Part shown: piece after piece, positions 28,968 through 43,369 of the stretch
How positions within the stretch are numbered: position 1 is the stretch's first letter
Layout: the number at the start of each line of letters is the position of its first letter
Origin: the human T2T-CHM13v2.0 reference genome, Homo sapiens
Direction: 5' to 3' (one strand)
DNA: 64,000 nucleotides
NCBI RefSeq assembly: GCF_009914755.1
Contig: NC_060935.1
Program-made: the position numbers and the translations under genes
The notes under the pieces: model-generated
The model's database searches: none
What the model was told of the DNA's origin: nothing
Seen by the model: only the letters and a program-made list of their open reading frames with translations

Positions 28968-30522
28968 GTAGGAGCTGCCACCCACCTGTGCTGCCTGGGA
29001 CATTGGGTAAAAGTTCCTTTATAGTGGATTCCGGGTCTGTAAGGGCAGAAGCTAGACTGTGCTCCAGGAATACTTAAGTCAGTAGCTAAGAAACCACGTG
29101 ATGAACTCCTAAGAGAAGCAGACACAATGTGCTCCAGGGAGCAGTTCATACAGCACAGGTTGGGGAAGGAACAGAGAAAGCTGAAGAAGGGAAGTAAAAT
29201 GTGAGCTGATCCCAGGATGCATAGGAAAGTGGGGACCCCAGGCCTTGTAGCAGCAGCTTCCCTGAGCAGAAAGCATGAAGGCCTAAATATGAGGGTGGGG
29301 GCGGTTTGGTGTCACCCGACAGTCCCCAGCATTAGTCCTAACACATCCCAACATACTTAAAAAATAAATAAAATAATAAACACCTGGCTCAATAACTAAG
29401 ATTTCTTATAGCAGGGATTGCCTTGAACATCCAGATCCTCACAGTCCCTGCTGAGTGCTGGGGCTTTCTGAAGGGAGAGGGACATTGGGGAGAAGAGTAA
29501 TGGTAGGGGAGGGGCTGGTTCTAGAAGAACAAGAGCTCATGTTCTGAGGAGATAAGCCTGGGTGTTTGTGGAGATGGATGGATCCTTCTGTCTTTATCTG
29601 TCCCCTAGCCCCTGTCTCTTTGATGGCACATCCTCAGGACCATGGGAGACTGTGTGGAGCCAGTCCACACAGTGGTGCTGCTGCTCTGTGTGATTCTGGT
29701 CAGCGACATTGCTCATTGCTCAGGCTACACCACACCCCTTGCTGAATGAGGCACATGGGATTCAGGGGCCACGTCATACACATGGATGAGTCCACTCCAG
29801 GCAGATGGAAGCTCCCCAACCCCTGCCCTTAAAGTTCTTATCATTCCCAGAGCTTTCACTGACAGTGCCTGATTCGATCCTGTGCTGGAGATGAGCAGTG
29901 CATTTGGCCACATTGCACAATTGGATAACTAATACTTGTACACACAAAAGAGGATTAATGATCAAGTGTCACATTCTAGACACGTATTTTACAGTTGTAA
30001 CTCAAGTGCATACAGATGCACAGCTGTACACTCACACTCATACAGCCATACATGTGGACACACATTAAAAGTCACATATAAGCATGGACACAAGTATACA
30101 TTCATACATAAAATGCAAAGGCACATGTGCATACCCGTATTTACATACCTGTTCAGGTGCATAGGTGCATGCCCAGACTTTCAGCTTGCTATGTTTGTAT
30201 GATTCCCCAAAGAATTCGATATTCCCTCTTTCCTCCTGAGCTGTGTTCTAGTGGTCTCTGTTACAGTTCCTGCCAATAGCTGGTGGAGGGACTGGCTTAA
30301 GTGCTTTCAAAGGAAAGCCAGCCAGCACCAGGCCAGCAAAGGAATGTCAGGCATTGCACTCCTTCCTTTTGTTCTGCTTGCATTCTCCTTCAGTGAGGGT
30401 CATACCAATCTTTTTAATTGGGAGAAGGTCTCATTTTATTGAATCAAGTCATCAGCTCAGCTCACAATCCTGAGAGAGCACCAGGGCTTAGATAATGACT
30501 CAGCTGGTCTACATACACGGCT

Positions 30523-30859
30523 TTTGTTTTGTTTTGTTTCTGTTTTTTTTTTTTTTTTTTTTTTTTTGAGATGGAGTGTCGCTCTATCGCCATGGCTGGA
30601 GTGCAGTGGCACCATCTCAGCTCACTGCAACCTCTGCCTCCCAGGTACAAGCAATTCTCCTGCCTCAGCCTCTCCTGAGCAGCTGGGACTACAGGTGCAT
30701 GCCGCCATGCCTGGCTAATTTTTTTTTTTTTTTAATTTTAATACAGACAGGATTTCACCATGTTGTCCAGGCTGGTCTTGAACTCCTGAGCTCAGGCAGT
30801 CCACCCTCCTCAGCCTCCTAAAGTGCTAGGATTACAGGCATGAGCCACCGCGCCCAGCC
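30523..30859 (-). mobile_element. AluS
   Basis: Antisense Alu with long T tail. Confidence 0.92.
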
Positions 30860-31518
30860 ATGAACTGTTCTCTGAAGTGTGGAGGCAACTAAATAGCTCC
30901 ATATGAAATTTTTATAATTCCAATAGCATTATTAGTCTTAAGGTAATACATATTCAGGATTCACAGCTTCTCAATTTGCATTTTCAAAATTAAAATATGA
31001 CAGTCTTTGATCACCATCAATCCCATTCCTTCTTTTTTTGTTGTTCGCTATAATCATTTGAAAGATTATAAAAGATATAACCTTTTTTTATTTCAAGCTT
31101 TTCTATCAGAAGAAAAAGTCTTAATGATAAAAAGCAAATGTCTGACAAAGAGGAGGAAGAGGAAAACGTCTATGATGTGGATCTGACTAGCCCCGTTTTT
31201 ACGTTAATGCCCACTCTGGGTAACTAACGTCCTTCTGTCCCCTCTGAGTTGCCTTCATCTTTAGGGTAGTCTGGGAAGTGACGCTGGAAATAAGAGCACC
31301 AGGATACGAATCAGGACACCTGGGCCCTGTCCTTTATCAGCCCTTGGTGCCCTCTGAGGTCTTCGGCACTGGCTGCAGGAACAGGTATTGATCGAGTGTG
31401 GGTAGAGAGTCCGCTAAGGGCTTTCCACATCTTAGCTCACTTCATTCTTCCCACACCTCCATGAGCTAGCAGCTTAGAGGTAATTAAGCAATTTGCCCCA
31501 AGTCACAGAACTAGACTA

Positions 31519-31861
<343 letters not shown>

Positions 31862-32532
31862 CTAGTGAGACCAGGCTCTTAACCACCAGTCTTGACTCTA
31901 AATCACTTTATCTTTATTGTCTTCATCTGGAAAATGAGAAGATTGGATTAGATTAGATTCTATAAAATGGTTTATTCTCCTTTTCTGCTCTAAAATTCTC
32001 TCCCTCAAGCTTATGGTTCACTATATATAACTTATAATTGCTCCCCCCCCCGCCCACCAAAACCTCTCCATGTTAAAGTTGTTACCAAGGAGTAAAGGGA
32101 AGATGGGTCATTTTTTTAAAAATCACTCAGAATGAATTATATTTATCAATTCAGAAGTAACAGCGGATTCATCTATCACTTTATCACTTTATAGTTTACT
32201 AAGAGTTGTGTGTCACATCACCTTTCATTTTTATAGAACCAGAGGAGATTGCTATTATTATCCCCATTGTACAGATGAGGATGCTGAGATTCAAAGAGGT
32301 GGAGTGACAACTCAAGTTTTGCATGGCTAACAAGTTATAGATCTTAGACCTGGAGCTAGTCGAATATTTAGACTTCCAAGTCTAATGTTCCTTCTAGTAC
32401 CTAGCATCTTCTGAGACTTAAACATTTCTTATTTATCCAGTCAACACACCCTTCTTGCGTTGCCTGTGCAGCATATGAACTTGAACTAACCTTTGCCTCT
32501 GAAGAGCTCTCAATCTAGTTGAGGAAAGATTT

Positions 32533-32616
32533 ACATTTTCGCCAACAGGAGAATAAGGAGAGTGCTATAGGATCACATTTTAGCCAACAAGAGAATAAGG
32601 AGAGTGCTGTAGGAAC
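32533..32616. repeat. Tandem duplication, 2 x 42 bp, within a probable L2 fragment
   Basis: acattttcgccaacaggagaataaggagagtgctataggatc / acattttagccaacaagagaataaggagagtgctgtaggaac. Confidence 0.9.
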
Positions 32617-33109
32617 TCCTGGCAAGGAGTCAAGGAAAGCTCTCAGGAAAAGATGACATGGAAGCTGCATCTTAAAGACAGATTAGCAGCGAACTAAGGA
32701 AGGAGGAGAAGGGCCTTTAGGCAGAGAGGTTGTAGTTACTGCAAAGATAAACCTGTTAAAGCCATGTGGAGAGAAGCCACATGTGGGTGCAGCATAGTAG
32801 AGTTGTATGTAAAGAGTTGGAAAGGCAGGAGATGGGGCTGGAAATAAAGGAAGAATGTGGCCATCATCTACCACAATAAGGGGTTTAGACCTTATTCTGT
32901 GGGTAATGGAAACCACCGAAGACAGTGATGTCATCACGTCAGTATTACAAAAGTCAATGAAAGATCGTGTGGGGAGTAGACCAAACTTAGGAAGAGTGTA
33001 GAATGGAGATCACAGATTCAGATGCCTAATTGGCCTCTAAATGGTCATCTAGATGGGTGGCTCAGGGTGAGTGGGCCTGTGGCAGAGGGAGCCACGCCTC
33101 TTTAGAGGG

Positions 33110-33143
33110 TGCAGCCACCACTTGGCACCAGCAGGTGGCGATC
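33110..33143 (+). promoter_or_regulatory. Putative CTCF binding site with upstream module
   Basis: Core CCAGCAGGTGGCG at 33128-33140; TGCAG at 33110-33114, 13 nt upstream of the core. Confidence 0.6.
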
Positions 33144-34352
33144 TGCAATAACAAAGACAGTCCTTTCCAGGCTTTATTGTTTTTACTGGACGAAGGCAGA
33201 AATGCAGATATTTATTGTGAAATATCCCGATTTTTAAATGTTGAACTAATTTTAAAACTTTAAAATATTATGCAGACCAGTAGGAATAAGTTGGGCTGGT
33301 TTCCACACCGGGCTGCCATTTGTAACCTCTAGGTGTGAGGTACCTGTTTCAAAGTACTCATAAGGCCTCAGCAGAGATGATGAGGGCTTGGACCCTGGCT
33401 GGAGGTGAAAGGAGCACAGGGAGTATGAAATCCTTTAAAGGTAAAGATAACAGAATTGAGAACGATGGCCTCAGTAGGAAGAACAAAGGAGGGAAGAACA
33501 GTTGGATGACTTGAGGTTTATCAGTACATCCCCCGTGGTCCATTCTCATTCTGGGCAAACGTTTTCTTCACAGGTAGTGAAATCGGTTGAATTAGTTCAG
33601 CATGCCAGTGCGTTAATAATGTTACATGCAGGGTCATGCATCTGAGTGTAATTATGCATTTGCATGCCATGCCTGAATGAGCAGAGGTAGCTGTGACAAG
33701 AAAACATTGCATGAAGCTGTTGCTTCAATTTGCTTGACAAATAAGGGCATGGAGAGGGTTTGGGGAAGTACAGATTTCAGTCAAGTGTTGAAATAATGAT
33801 CAATGAGACCTTTCATGTCAGAAGAACTAAGCTCTGAATCAGAGACCTGGAGGGCAAACACACCTGCTTGGCACCCACTTCCGACTGGTTTTATGGTCAC
33901 CTTTATAGAGAAAACCATGTCAGGAGAATTTTGGGGTGGGGGAGCTGTTAATAGAGTCATCTTTATGTTTGACTTGTTGGCATGGCTGGTTACTTAGAAG
34001 CTGTTCTTTGGCATAGGTTAAATTATTCAAATCACCCCGTACCCTCCAGCATGTGTCTGGCTAGACCTAGCATCCTGACGGAGGTTCAGAGAAGCATTCC
34101 CCAGTGAGGGATTGCAGACCCTCCATCTGGGCAATGAAAAGTTTATCTTTTACAGTTCAGCGGCTCTCTCTGTTCTTAGGACATTGCTCCACATACGGCT
34201 AATGAATTATTTAGCGTCAGTCTGCTGGTCCACTCTGTTCTGAAGCTTCTTGCTACAGGAGGTGATGGTGAGGGCTGTGGTTAGACCACAGTGGTCCAGA
34301 TGTGGTAGTTGCCTCTCATGACAAGTGTGTCTGCTTCGGTTTGTGTGTGAAG

Positions 34353-34465
34353 GTCTCAGACGGACACTGAAGGGAATGTTACTGCCGAGTCAAGCTCAAC
34401 AGGTGTGAGCGTGGAGCCCAGCCACTTCACCAAGACTGGACAGCCTGCTCTGGAAGAACTCACTG
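34353..34465 (+). CDS. NAV2: NAV2 coding exon B (113 nt, phase 2 to 1): (R)SQTDTEGNVTAESSSTGVSVEPSHFTKTGQPALEELT(G)
   Basis: Acceptor tttgtgtgtgaag|G TCT; donor ACT G|gtgagt; phases match exons A and C; not in the ORF track, translated by hand. Confidence 0.94.
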
Positions 34466-36399
34466 GTGAGTATGGAGCCTCAGAAATCTGTGTCTGTTGG
34501 TGATGAGGCCTTCCACGCAATACCTGCTGGAACAGCATGAACCCAGCTTGATTACGAGTTGCATTATGTTTGCATTGACTTTGAGCTAAACAAACTTTCT
34601 TTCTTTTTTTTTTTTCCTATTATTTTTCTTCTTGTTTTTCTTCCCTTTTCTCTCCCTCTTACAGTTTCTTCCCTCCTCCCCAGAATCGTAAACAAGTCTC
34701 TTACTGGTGTGCAAATCCTATTTTTAAGATACATTCAGTTTTATTCATTTAGGGGCTCTGGACTGCACTGATACTTAACTTTGAATCTTCTTGTTTACTC
34801 TTCAGATAAAGTTGCTTTTCAACAAGATTTAGAATTCTAAAATAGTGGATTTCGTTCCTGTATGGAAGCACTGATTTAAAATATGTTCTTAGAGTCCTAT
34901 GTGAATTGGGGGGGAAAATTGTAACATGCTTCTTTTTACCAGAAACAAAAAAAAAATATAAATTTTATTTAAATGTAATGTAGACAATGATGATTACAGG
35001 TACATTATACTGTATGACGGCATAAAATCCACAGTCGTTGTATAGTTAATTCTGCAAGCATTTATTTTTGGACACTATACTATCGCATTCTTAATTAAAG
35101 AAGAAAAGTCACACCTTAATTAGAATTCTTACTACGGTGGATTCCAGGCTGCTATCTTCTCTGTCTCTTTTCCCCATTCCAAAACTCTGTGTCCCAAGCT
35201 CCAGCAGCTTCTAGTCAGGGAAATGAGTGGTAAGCCATGGATTTATTAGTGGCTGTGTCATTCTTCTCATATCTTACCACTTCCACAGTCGGGTTAAAAA
35301 CTGAATCCAGGCTTAAAATCCATTTATTGAACTGAATATCCCTGACTACAGCATTTTAATAGCCACATTACAGCTGTGGAATTGGTCTGCAGCCCAGTGA
35401 TTGAACCTTACCCATCTAGCAATTAGCCCCAATGATTAATTTCAGAGGATTCTGGTTCCACTGCCTGGGCACGGTGATGGTGCAGAGATTCTTCAAGCCA
35501 TTTGTAAGCAGTCCATCTTAGAATGATTTGGGCCCCACATTTGGGATTGATTTTGTTTCCTTCTCTTCAAGGTTTGTAGCTTTCTTTCATATGAGTACAT
35601 GGATAGCACGGGAAAAGGACCAGCAATGAGAAGGGTGTGGAGTTCAGATGGCTGCTCGAGTCTCCATGCACATTCCAGATTGTGTTCTGATGTGCAGACA
35701 TCAAAAGAGCGAGGCCAACGCTTCAGATCCCAGCATGGTTCAGATGTGTGGCCCGTGGAGCAGTGTGGATTCCTGTCAGATGCTGAGTCTCAGCAAAATC
35801 CACATTTGAAAAGCAAAAGCAGGAGCCGGAGAATATTCCAAATATTACTTAGATTTCAGAGTGACAGATTGCAGTGTGTGATCTTCCCCTAATTTTTCTT
35901 TTTATCTCCATGTCTCCCCTGTACCAGGCCTTAAGAGCTCAGAAACCCTGAAATGCTGTCAATCGGCTGCGGGGAAGAGACTGTGCAGCCAGTAGTGCTT
36001 GACTGTGCACTCTTTGGTGTCAAATCAAATGGGGTTGGTCGCTAACAAAAATTCCTTATCAGGGTGACATGTCTTTATATTCAAGCAGTAGAAGTCACAC
36101 ATGTGACTATGTTGAATTTTTTTTTATGGAGACACTGAATAATAAATAGCATGAGGTTGAATTTAACTTACCCACAGCCAATCCTTTGAAATGACAGTGC
36201 ATGGTAGGACTATTTAGAAATGGACATTTACATAACTATTTGATCAATTGCTTAGTTCTTCCTCTTACTTATGCAAATGGGTGGGTTTTCCTATGGTGTG
36301 TGGTCATGTACAGAGCCTTACAGTTGAGAAATGCATCTTGCATGATAGAATTGAAGGAACCACACACACCTGCTTATCATACTGCTCATGAATTCCTTC

Positions 36400-36700
36400 T
36401 ATAGCTTACTGAGGACTCATCTTTCAGCCTCTGCTTGAATATTTCTTGGACAAAATGTTGTTCCTTCATAAGGCAGCCCTTTACTTTTTTGCTGTTGTTG
36501 ACGGCTTCAGCAGTTAATGGAGTTCTTTATTCTTACATTTCCAATCACCGGATATAATTCAGCCTCCTGAAGCCCCAGTTTTCATTCTTTTTCATGTTGT
36601 AACATATCCCTTAAGGTTTCTTTATTTCCAAGTAAAAATCCTGGATTTTTTCCATGGTCCTTTTGTAACACTTTGATATCCTCCAAGCTCAGTCATATTT
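36400..36700. mobile_element. CR1/L3-like ancient LINE fragment
   Basis: cagcctctgcttgaatatttc...aaggcagccc...acggct...gttaatggagttctt. Confidence 0.45.
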
Positions 36701-37395
36701 GGTCACAATGCGATGCTCTCCCAATCATGACTAGTGGCTTGAGGTAGAGCCCTCCTTGGCAAGGTCCAGATCGCTACAGGTAGACACTAAAGTTTTAAGA
36801 CATCTCCATATCTGTGAGCTGAAAGCTCCCTGCTGTTTCCACTGGAGCTCGATTGTGTTTTTATTGTGTTCAGGCTGTGAGTTAGTGGGTATATCCTACA
36901 TTCAGGTCATTGTCAGAGGAGGCATAATTGGCAGTTTAGAACGTGATCACCTAAGCATGTCAGGTGGGTTACTGTTTTGTGTTCCTACATTGCCCTTGGG
37001 ATCTGATGTAGAGCCCTGGAGGAAGGCAAATATTTCCCAGCACGACCCACAAGAGGGAAACAGGACACTCATATTTACTGAGCCCTCATTTTGTGCTATG
37101 TGCCATATCATCTGACTCTCACCCTAACCCTTCTAGCGAGAGGTTTTTATGTCCACTTTACAAATGAGATCCAGAGAGGATAAGTGACTTGTCCAGGGTC
37201 AAGTGGCTAATAAGCAGCATTGCCACAATTTAAATATTTATCTGTGGATAACTGAAGTCCATGCTTTTCCTACAACCCCATACTGACCAAACATGTGTTG
37301 TATAATAAACATTTCTTAGACCTCTATAAATTGTGTGGGGGTTACCAAAAGGAAAGATGAGACACCATCCCCAACTCAAAGATCTTTGACTTTCT

Positions 37396-37729
<334 letters not shown>

Positions 37730-38562
37730 TCATTAATAGAGTGATGGATAAGTAAATATGGCTATTATATTTTGTGCGTGTGGTTAAGGTAATTAGTTGA
37801 GGTAATTTGAAAACCTATGCCTAGACTTAGCTTCATAATCAATATTTTCTAAAGGGCCTAGAGCTAACCTAAGAATCAGTATTTTTTTAACAGGCTTATA
37901 TACATAAAATGTGGCCAAATTGGCAGTAAAAGATTTCACTGATGGCCCAGAAGGTAGATGCAGTTACATTCCTCCAAAGTCATTAGGGGAAGGTATAATA
38001 GACATTCATCTTTGCTTTTTTTAAAAAAACACATACATATATATGTATTTTAAAGCACTGGGAGGGAAATGCAAGTTTGACCACTTTTCAGATAAGAGAA
38101 AAATGCCTTCCAAATTTCTTTGGGTTAAAAGGTGGAAGGAGAAATTGGAAAGCACTTGCATTTTCAAGTAAATTTCCTCCATGAAATCATGGGTATATCA
38201 TTTACTCCATCCCAGCCTCCAGGCACCACCATGCCAAGAACGACCTAAGAAAGTTGTCATCTATCTCAGAAGAAAAGTTAATTCTGTTATATTTCTTAGC
38301 TGCCTTGTCCCCTGTTAATGGCAATTGTTGGAAGTTCAACTTGGTGTCTGATGTCAATTCTACTTGCTGCTGCTTGATGTCTAATGTAAATTCTGCTTGT
38401 GCTATGTTCTAGATGGAGATTTCTTTGAAAATATTGCTCAACGCTTGAAAATAGTCCTAGGCTTTTAAAGACCCATGATTGTGCTTCCTCAGTCTTCTCA
38501 GCTCTCCCTAAAATTACTCTGAGGGAGAAAATATATAATTCTATTAATTATTATTGTAGTTA

Positions 38563-38956
<394 letters not shown>

Positions 38957-39092
38957 CTAGCTTGTGTATGGCATATTTCTCATGGTACACTAGTGCCAGC
39001 TCAGCTCAAATGCTGCTCAGCCAAGTGTCTTGTGGAAAGTTTTGCCCAGGGAATGGAATACTGTGGTCCTGACAAAGAGGAACCCAGCTGTC

Positions 39093-40081
39093 TGTTTTCT
39101 TTCCTTTTCTTTTCTTCTCTTTTCTTTTGCTTTCCTTTCCTTTTCTTCTCTTTCTTTCTTTTCTCTTCTTCTCCTTTCCCCTTTCCCCTTTCCTCTTTCC
39201 CCTTTCCCCTTTCCTTTCCCTTCCTTTCCATTCCGTTCCATTTCTTTTCTTTCCCTTTCCCTTTCCATTTCCATTTCCATTTTCCTTTCCTTTCCTTTCT
39301 TTCTTCTTTCTTTTTCTTTTTTCTTTCCTTTTCTCTTTTCTTTCCTTTCCTTTTCTTTTCTCTTTTCTTCTCTTCTCTTTTCTTTCTTTCTTCCTTCTTT
39401 CCTTCCTTCCTTCCTTCCTTCCTTTCTGTCTCCCCTCCCTTCCCTTTCTTTCCTTTCCTTCCTTCTTTTCTTTCTTGGCTGGCTGGCTTTCTGTCTGTCT
39501 TTTCTTTCTTCCTTGCTTGCTTGCTTTCTTGCCTTCTTGTCTTTCTGTCTTGCTTGTCTTTCTTTCCTCCTTTCCTTCTTTCCTTTCTTTCCTTTCCTTT
39601 CCTTCTCTTTCTTTCTTTTCTTTTCTTCCCCTTTCCCCTTTCCTCTTTCCTTTCCGTTCCGTTCCTTTTCTTTCCCTTTCCCTTTCCATTTCCATTTTCC
39701 TTTCCTTTCCTTTTCTTTCTTCTTTCTTTTTCTTTTTCCTTTCCTTTTCTCTTTCCTTTCCTTTCCTTTTCTTTTCTCTTTTCTTCTCTTCTCTTCTTTC
39801 TTTTTTTCTCTTTCTTTCTTTCTTTCTTTCTTCCTTTCTTTCTGTCTCCCTTCCCTTCCCTTCCCTTCCCTTCCCTTCCCTTCCCTTCCCTTCCCTTCCC
39901 TTTCCTTCCTTCTTTTCTTTCTTGGCTGGCTGGCTTTCTGTCTGTCTTTTCTTTCTTGCTTGCTTTCTTGCCTTCTTATCTTTCTGTCTTTCTCATCTTT
40001 CTTTCCTCCTTTCCTTCTTTCCTTTCTTTCCTTCCCTTCCCTTCCTTTCCCTGCCTTTCTCCCTTCCTCTTTTCCTCCCTT
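39093..40081. repeat. About 1-kb polypyrimidine tract (expanded Alu tail) with a ~420-445 bp internal duplication and (CCCTT)11
   Basis: Nearly purine-free + strand; landmarks ttccgttcc (39231, 39652) and tggctggctggctttctgtctgtc (39477, 39923) each occur twice; (CCCTT)11 at 39848-39902. Confidence 0.95.
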
Positions 40082-40322
40082 CACTCTCTGTTACCCAGGC
40101 TGGATTGCAATGGCACAATCTCGGCTGACTGCAACCTCTACCTTCTAAACTAAAGACATCGTCCAACCTTAGCCTCCAGAGTAGCTGGCACTACAGGTGT
40201 ATGCCATCAGCCAGGGTTTTGCCATGTTTCCCAGGCTGGTCTTGAACTCCTGGGCTCAAGCGATCTGCCCACTTTGGCTTCCTAAATGCTGGGATTATAG
40301 GCGTGAGCCACTGCACCTGACC
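40082..40322 (-). mobile_element. AluJ body lacking its linker; its tail is the 1-kb tract
   Basis: Antisense AluJ; probable TSD cccagctgt at ~39083 and ~40323. Confidence 0.85.
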
Positions 40323-41079
40323 CCCAGCTGTTTCTTACAGGCTCCCTGCTCTAGAGCACCAGCTGGCTTGTGTTGAGTGCTTATGGTGGGCACTGTGCTA
40401 AGGGATCTCCAGGCCTGATCCCAGTTTGTCTCCACAAATGTCCTTTGAGGTCAGTACTACCACTGCGTTCCTTTTAGAAAAGTGAAGTCTGAAGGATAGA
40501 GAGGACCAGCACCTTCCCCACAGTCACACAGCCAGTAAGTAGAGGAGCTTGAATTTGAGGTGACATAATACATCTAACAAGGAAGAAGGCAACCTTTCTC
40601 TGTATAAATATTTGTGATTAACAGGTGCAGATCTTCTAGCTACTGCAAGCTATGCTTGCACAGTAGGGCCTAAGATAGCTGCATATATCACCAATAGGTG
40701 AGAAAACAAAATGCTTCACTCATTTTTGCATGGGTAGAAAATGACTACCTGGTTGGACCTAACCTGAGCATGTCTCTGTTGGAGACACTGTGGAAATGTG
40801 TTTACATCTCAGACTAGGCACTTGGCTTCTCCCACATGCTAGACTTCACCTATTTAAGGAGGCACCTGAAGGAAGAATCTCCCTGGACTTCACACTTCCT
40901 TTGGGCTTCCATTCACACTTCCATTCAATCATTCATTCATTGTCAAATCCTTATTAAGCACCCACAGCAAGGCACGTGCTGAGCATGGAATATGGTTATG
41001 GTCATAGACATGGATGCTGCCCTTATGAAGCTCATGGTTGGTCAGAGAATTAAACTAGTCTTAACCCTCATCTTTCTAG

Positions 41080-41188
41080 GGGAAGATCCTGAGGCTCGGC
41101 GGCTGCGGACAGTGAAGAACATCGCTGATCTGCGGCAGAATTTGGAGGAAACCATGTCCAGTTTAAGGGGAACTCAGGTTACACACAG
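41080..41188 (+). CDS. NAV2: NAV2 coding exon C (109 nt, phase 1 to 2): (G)EDPEARRLRTVKNIADLRQNLEETMSSLRGTQVTH(S), probable coiled coil
   Basis: Acceptor catctttctag|GG GAA; donor CAC AG|gtatct; motif shared by the navigator family. Confidence 0.96.
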
Positions 41189-42729
41189 GTATCTGCAGTG
41201 TGAATTACTTTACTGAACTACCTGGTATCCTAATTTTCTCCTGTGTTTGTTCATAGCAGTAGCAAAGCGATTTGGTTATAATGGATCATAGCCTCGCTTT
41301 CCAAATGTGCCGGAATTCACAAAGAATGCCATATGACATGCAGAAGAGAGTTATAGGAAATAAAAAATTAGTATAGACAGATTTTTCCCAAAAGCAGAAG
41401 GTTGCTAAATCCATTCAACAAAGGATACTGTAGACCAGCTCTATTTAAATTTCACTTTACTTGCATTTTCTATAACTGTCTGGTGCTGTGGAAATGAGCA
41501 GGTGAACTATATTTGACCTGTGTGATAAACTGAATAGCTTGAATTCCTACCCAATCTTCTGATATGCAGCACTCTGTAATATTGTTAGTCATGCACGTAC
41601 ATAAAACATGTAAGGAAATATTTATAAAAACTTATGATCATGTTTTAACTCTGATTTAGTTGGATGAAATCTAGTATTACATTGGAAACATCAGGTGCTT
41701 TCATTGTTGAACAAGAAGTTGAAGAGGATGCAACCCTGGGATGTCTTTTGTGATTTGGGCAGGAGGAGGTTTTATAGTTGTAGAAATCAAGGAAAGTTCT
41801 TGTTGTCCCCACTGAGCTCCCAGGGAGTCTCCTTTGCTTCTCCAATTTCAGTTTCTTTGATAAGTGGCTATGGCAAGGAAACCACAGGGCTTCCCCACTG
41901 TCAGCAGTTTTGGAAGATTGGGGTTAACCACTGTGGGTTCCATCTCCAATAGGACCGAGGCCCAAAACAAGGGGTCCAATCTGAGAAAAATAAGGCCACT
42001 TCCAAGATCAGAGGAAAACAAAAACAGCTTAAGGGACCAAATTGGCTCTTCCAGAGGAGAATAAACTCGGGGGTTTGGGGGTGGTACCCTCTTAAACCTT
42101 TAGGTATCTGAATGAAGGGGAGTCAGATATTGGATCTTGTGACTCTACCATTAGGTGTGAAACATCCCTTTTTCCACCATCGTCACTGACACTGACTTAA
42201 TGTTGGCATAGCAGTTTGATGGTGGGATGGTAATTATGACAGGAGGGAAGACTTCAGTGGTTTCTTCTGCAGGGAAGAATCTCATTCTCTGCTCAGTGAG
42301 GAAATTCCAGTTTTCCTGTGAAGGTGCAGACGATAGTCTTGACTGGGCTGCAAGAAACTGCAGCGCTGTGAAAACAGTGGAAGACAGACTCTGCCAAGAG
42401 ATTGAGCTCATCCTTGGGCAGATTCTAGTCCATGTAACTTGATTGAAGAGGGAACTCAAGCCCAGGCATTTACCAATCTTTCCAGGCTTTTTGGATGAAA
42501 TATGAGAAAAGCAAAAGTCTGGGGGAAGTGAACTTTAGAGGGTTAGAAAATTAGAACTGTGTCCACTGCTCAGTTGGGAGGGAGCTGAGGATGTAAAATG
42601 TGGTATTAGGAACTCCCGGTGGGTGGAGAATCCCACCCTTAGGAAAAGAAGGCTGTGATGCAACATCCTAGAATGAATGGGCAAGCAGGAACCTTCATGC
42701 CCCATCCTAATCAGTTCAGCATTTTCTAG

Positions 42730-43081
<352 letters not shown>

Positions 43082-43369
43082 TGGAAAGAAAATTCTAGTA
43101 GTTGAGGTCATTTAATTAAAGTAATTCGTTTCTTGTACCATGTTTTAGCAGGGAAAGTCTCCGGTAGGCTTTTCAGAATGTTATGTAGATGTGTAGCTTT
43201 CCTTTCTCATTTTGAGCAGAGGAAGCACATCAGGTGGTACATGGGGGCTGGCTGTTTTATCCTATTTTATATATGAGGATTATTTCATAATTCTAAATAA
43301 TTAAAGAACATATAAACTGTGAAGGATACTAGGTACCTTTGAGTCTAATCAGGTTGGTTTTGTTTCTAG

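Noticed and set aside
27769-28971. 400-aa ORF as a stand-alone single-exon gene
   Set aside because: It starts at TTG and is bounded by clear splice sites; it is NAV2 exon A plus intron edges
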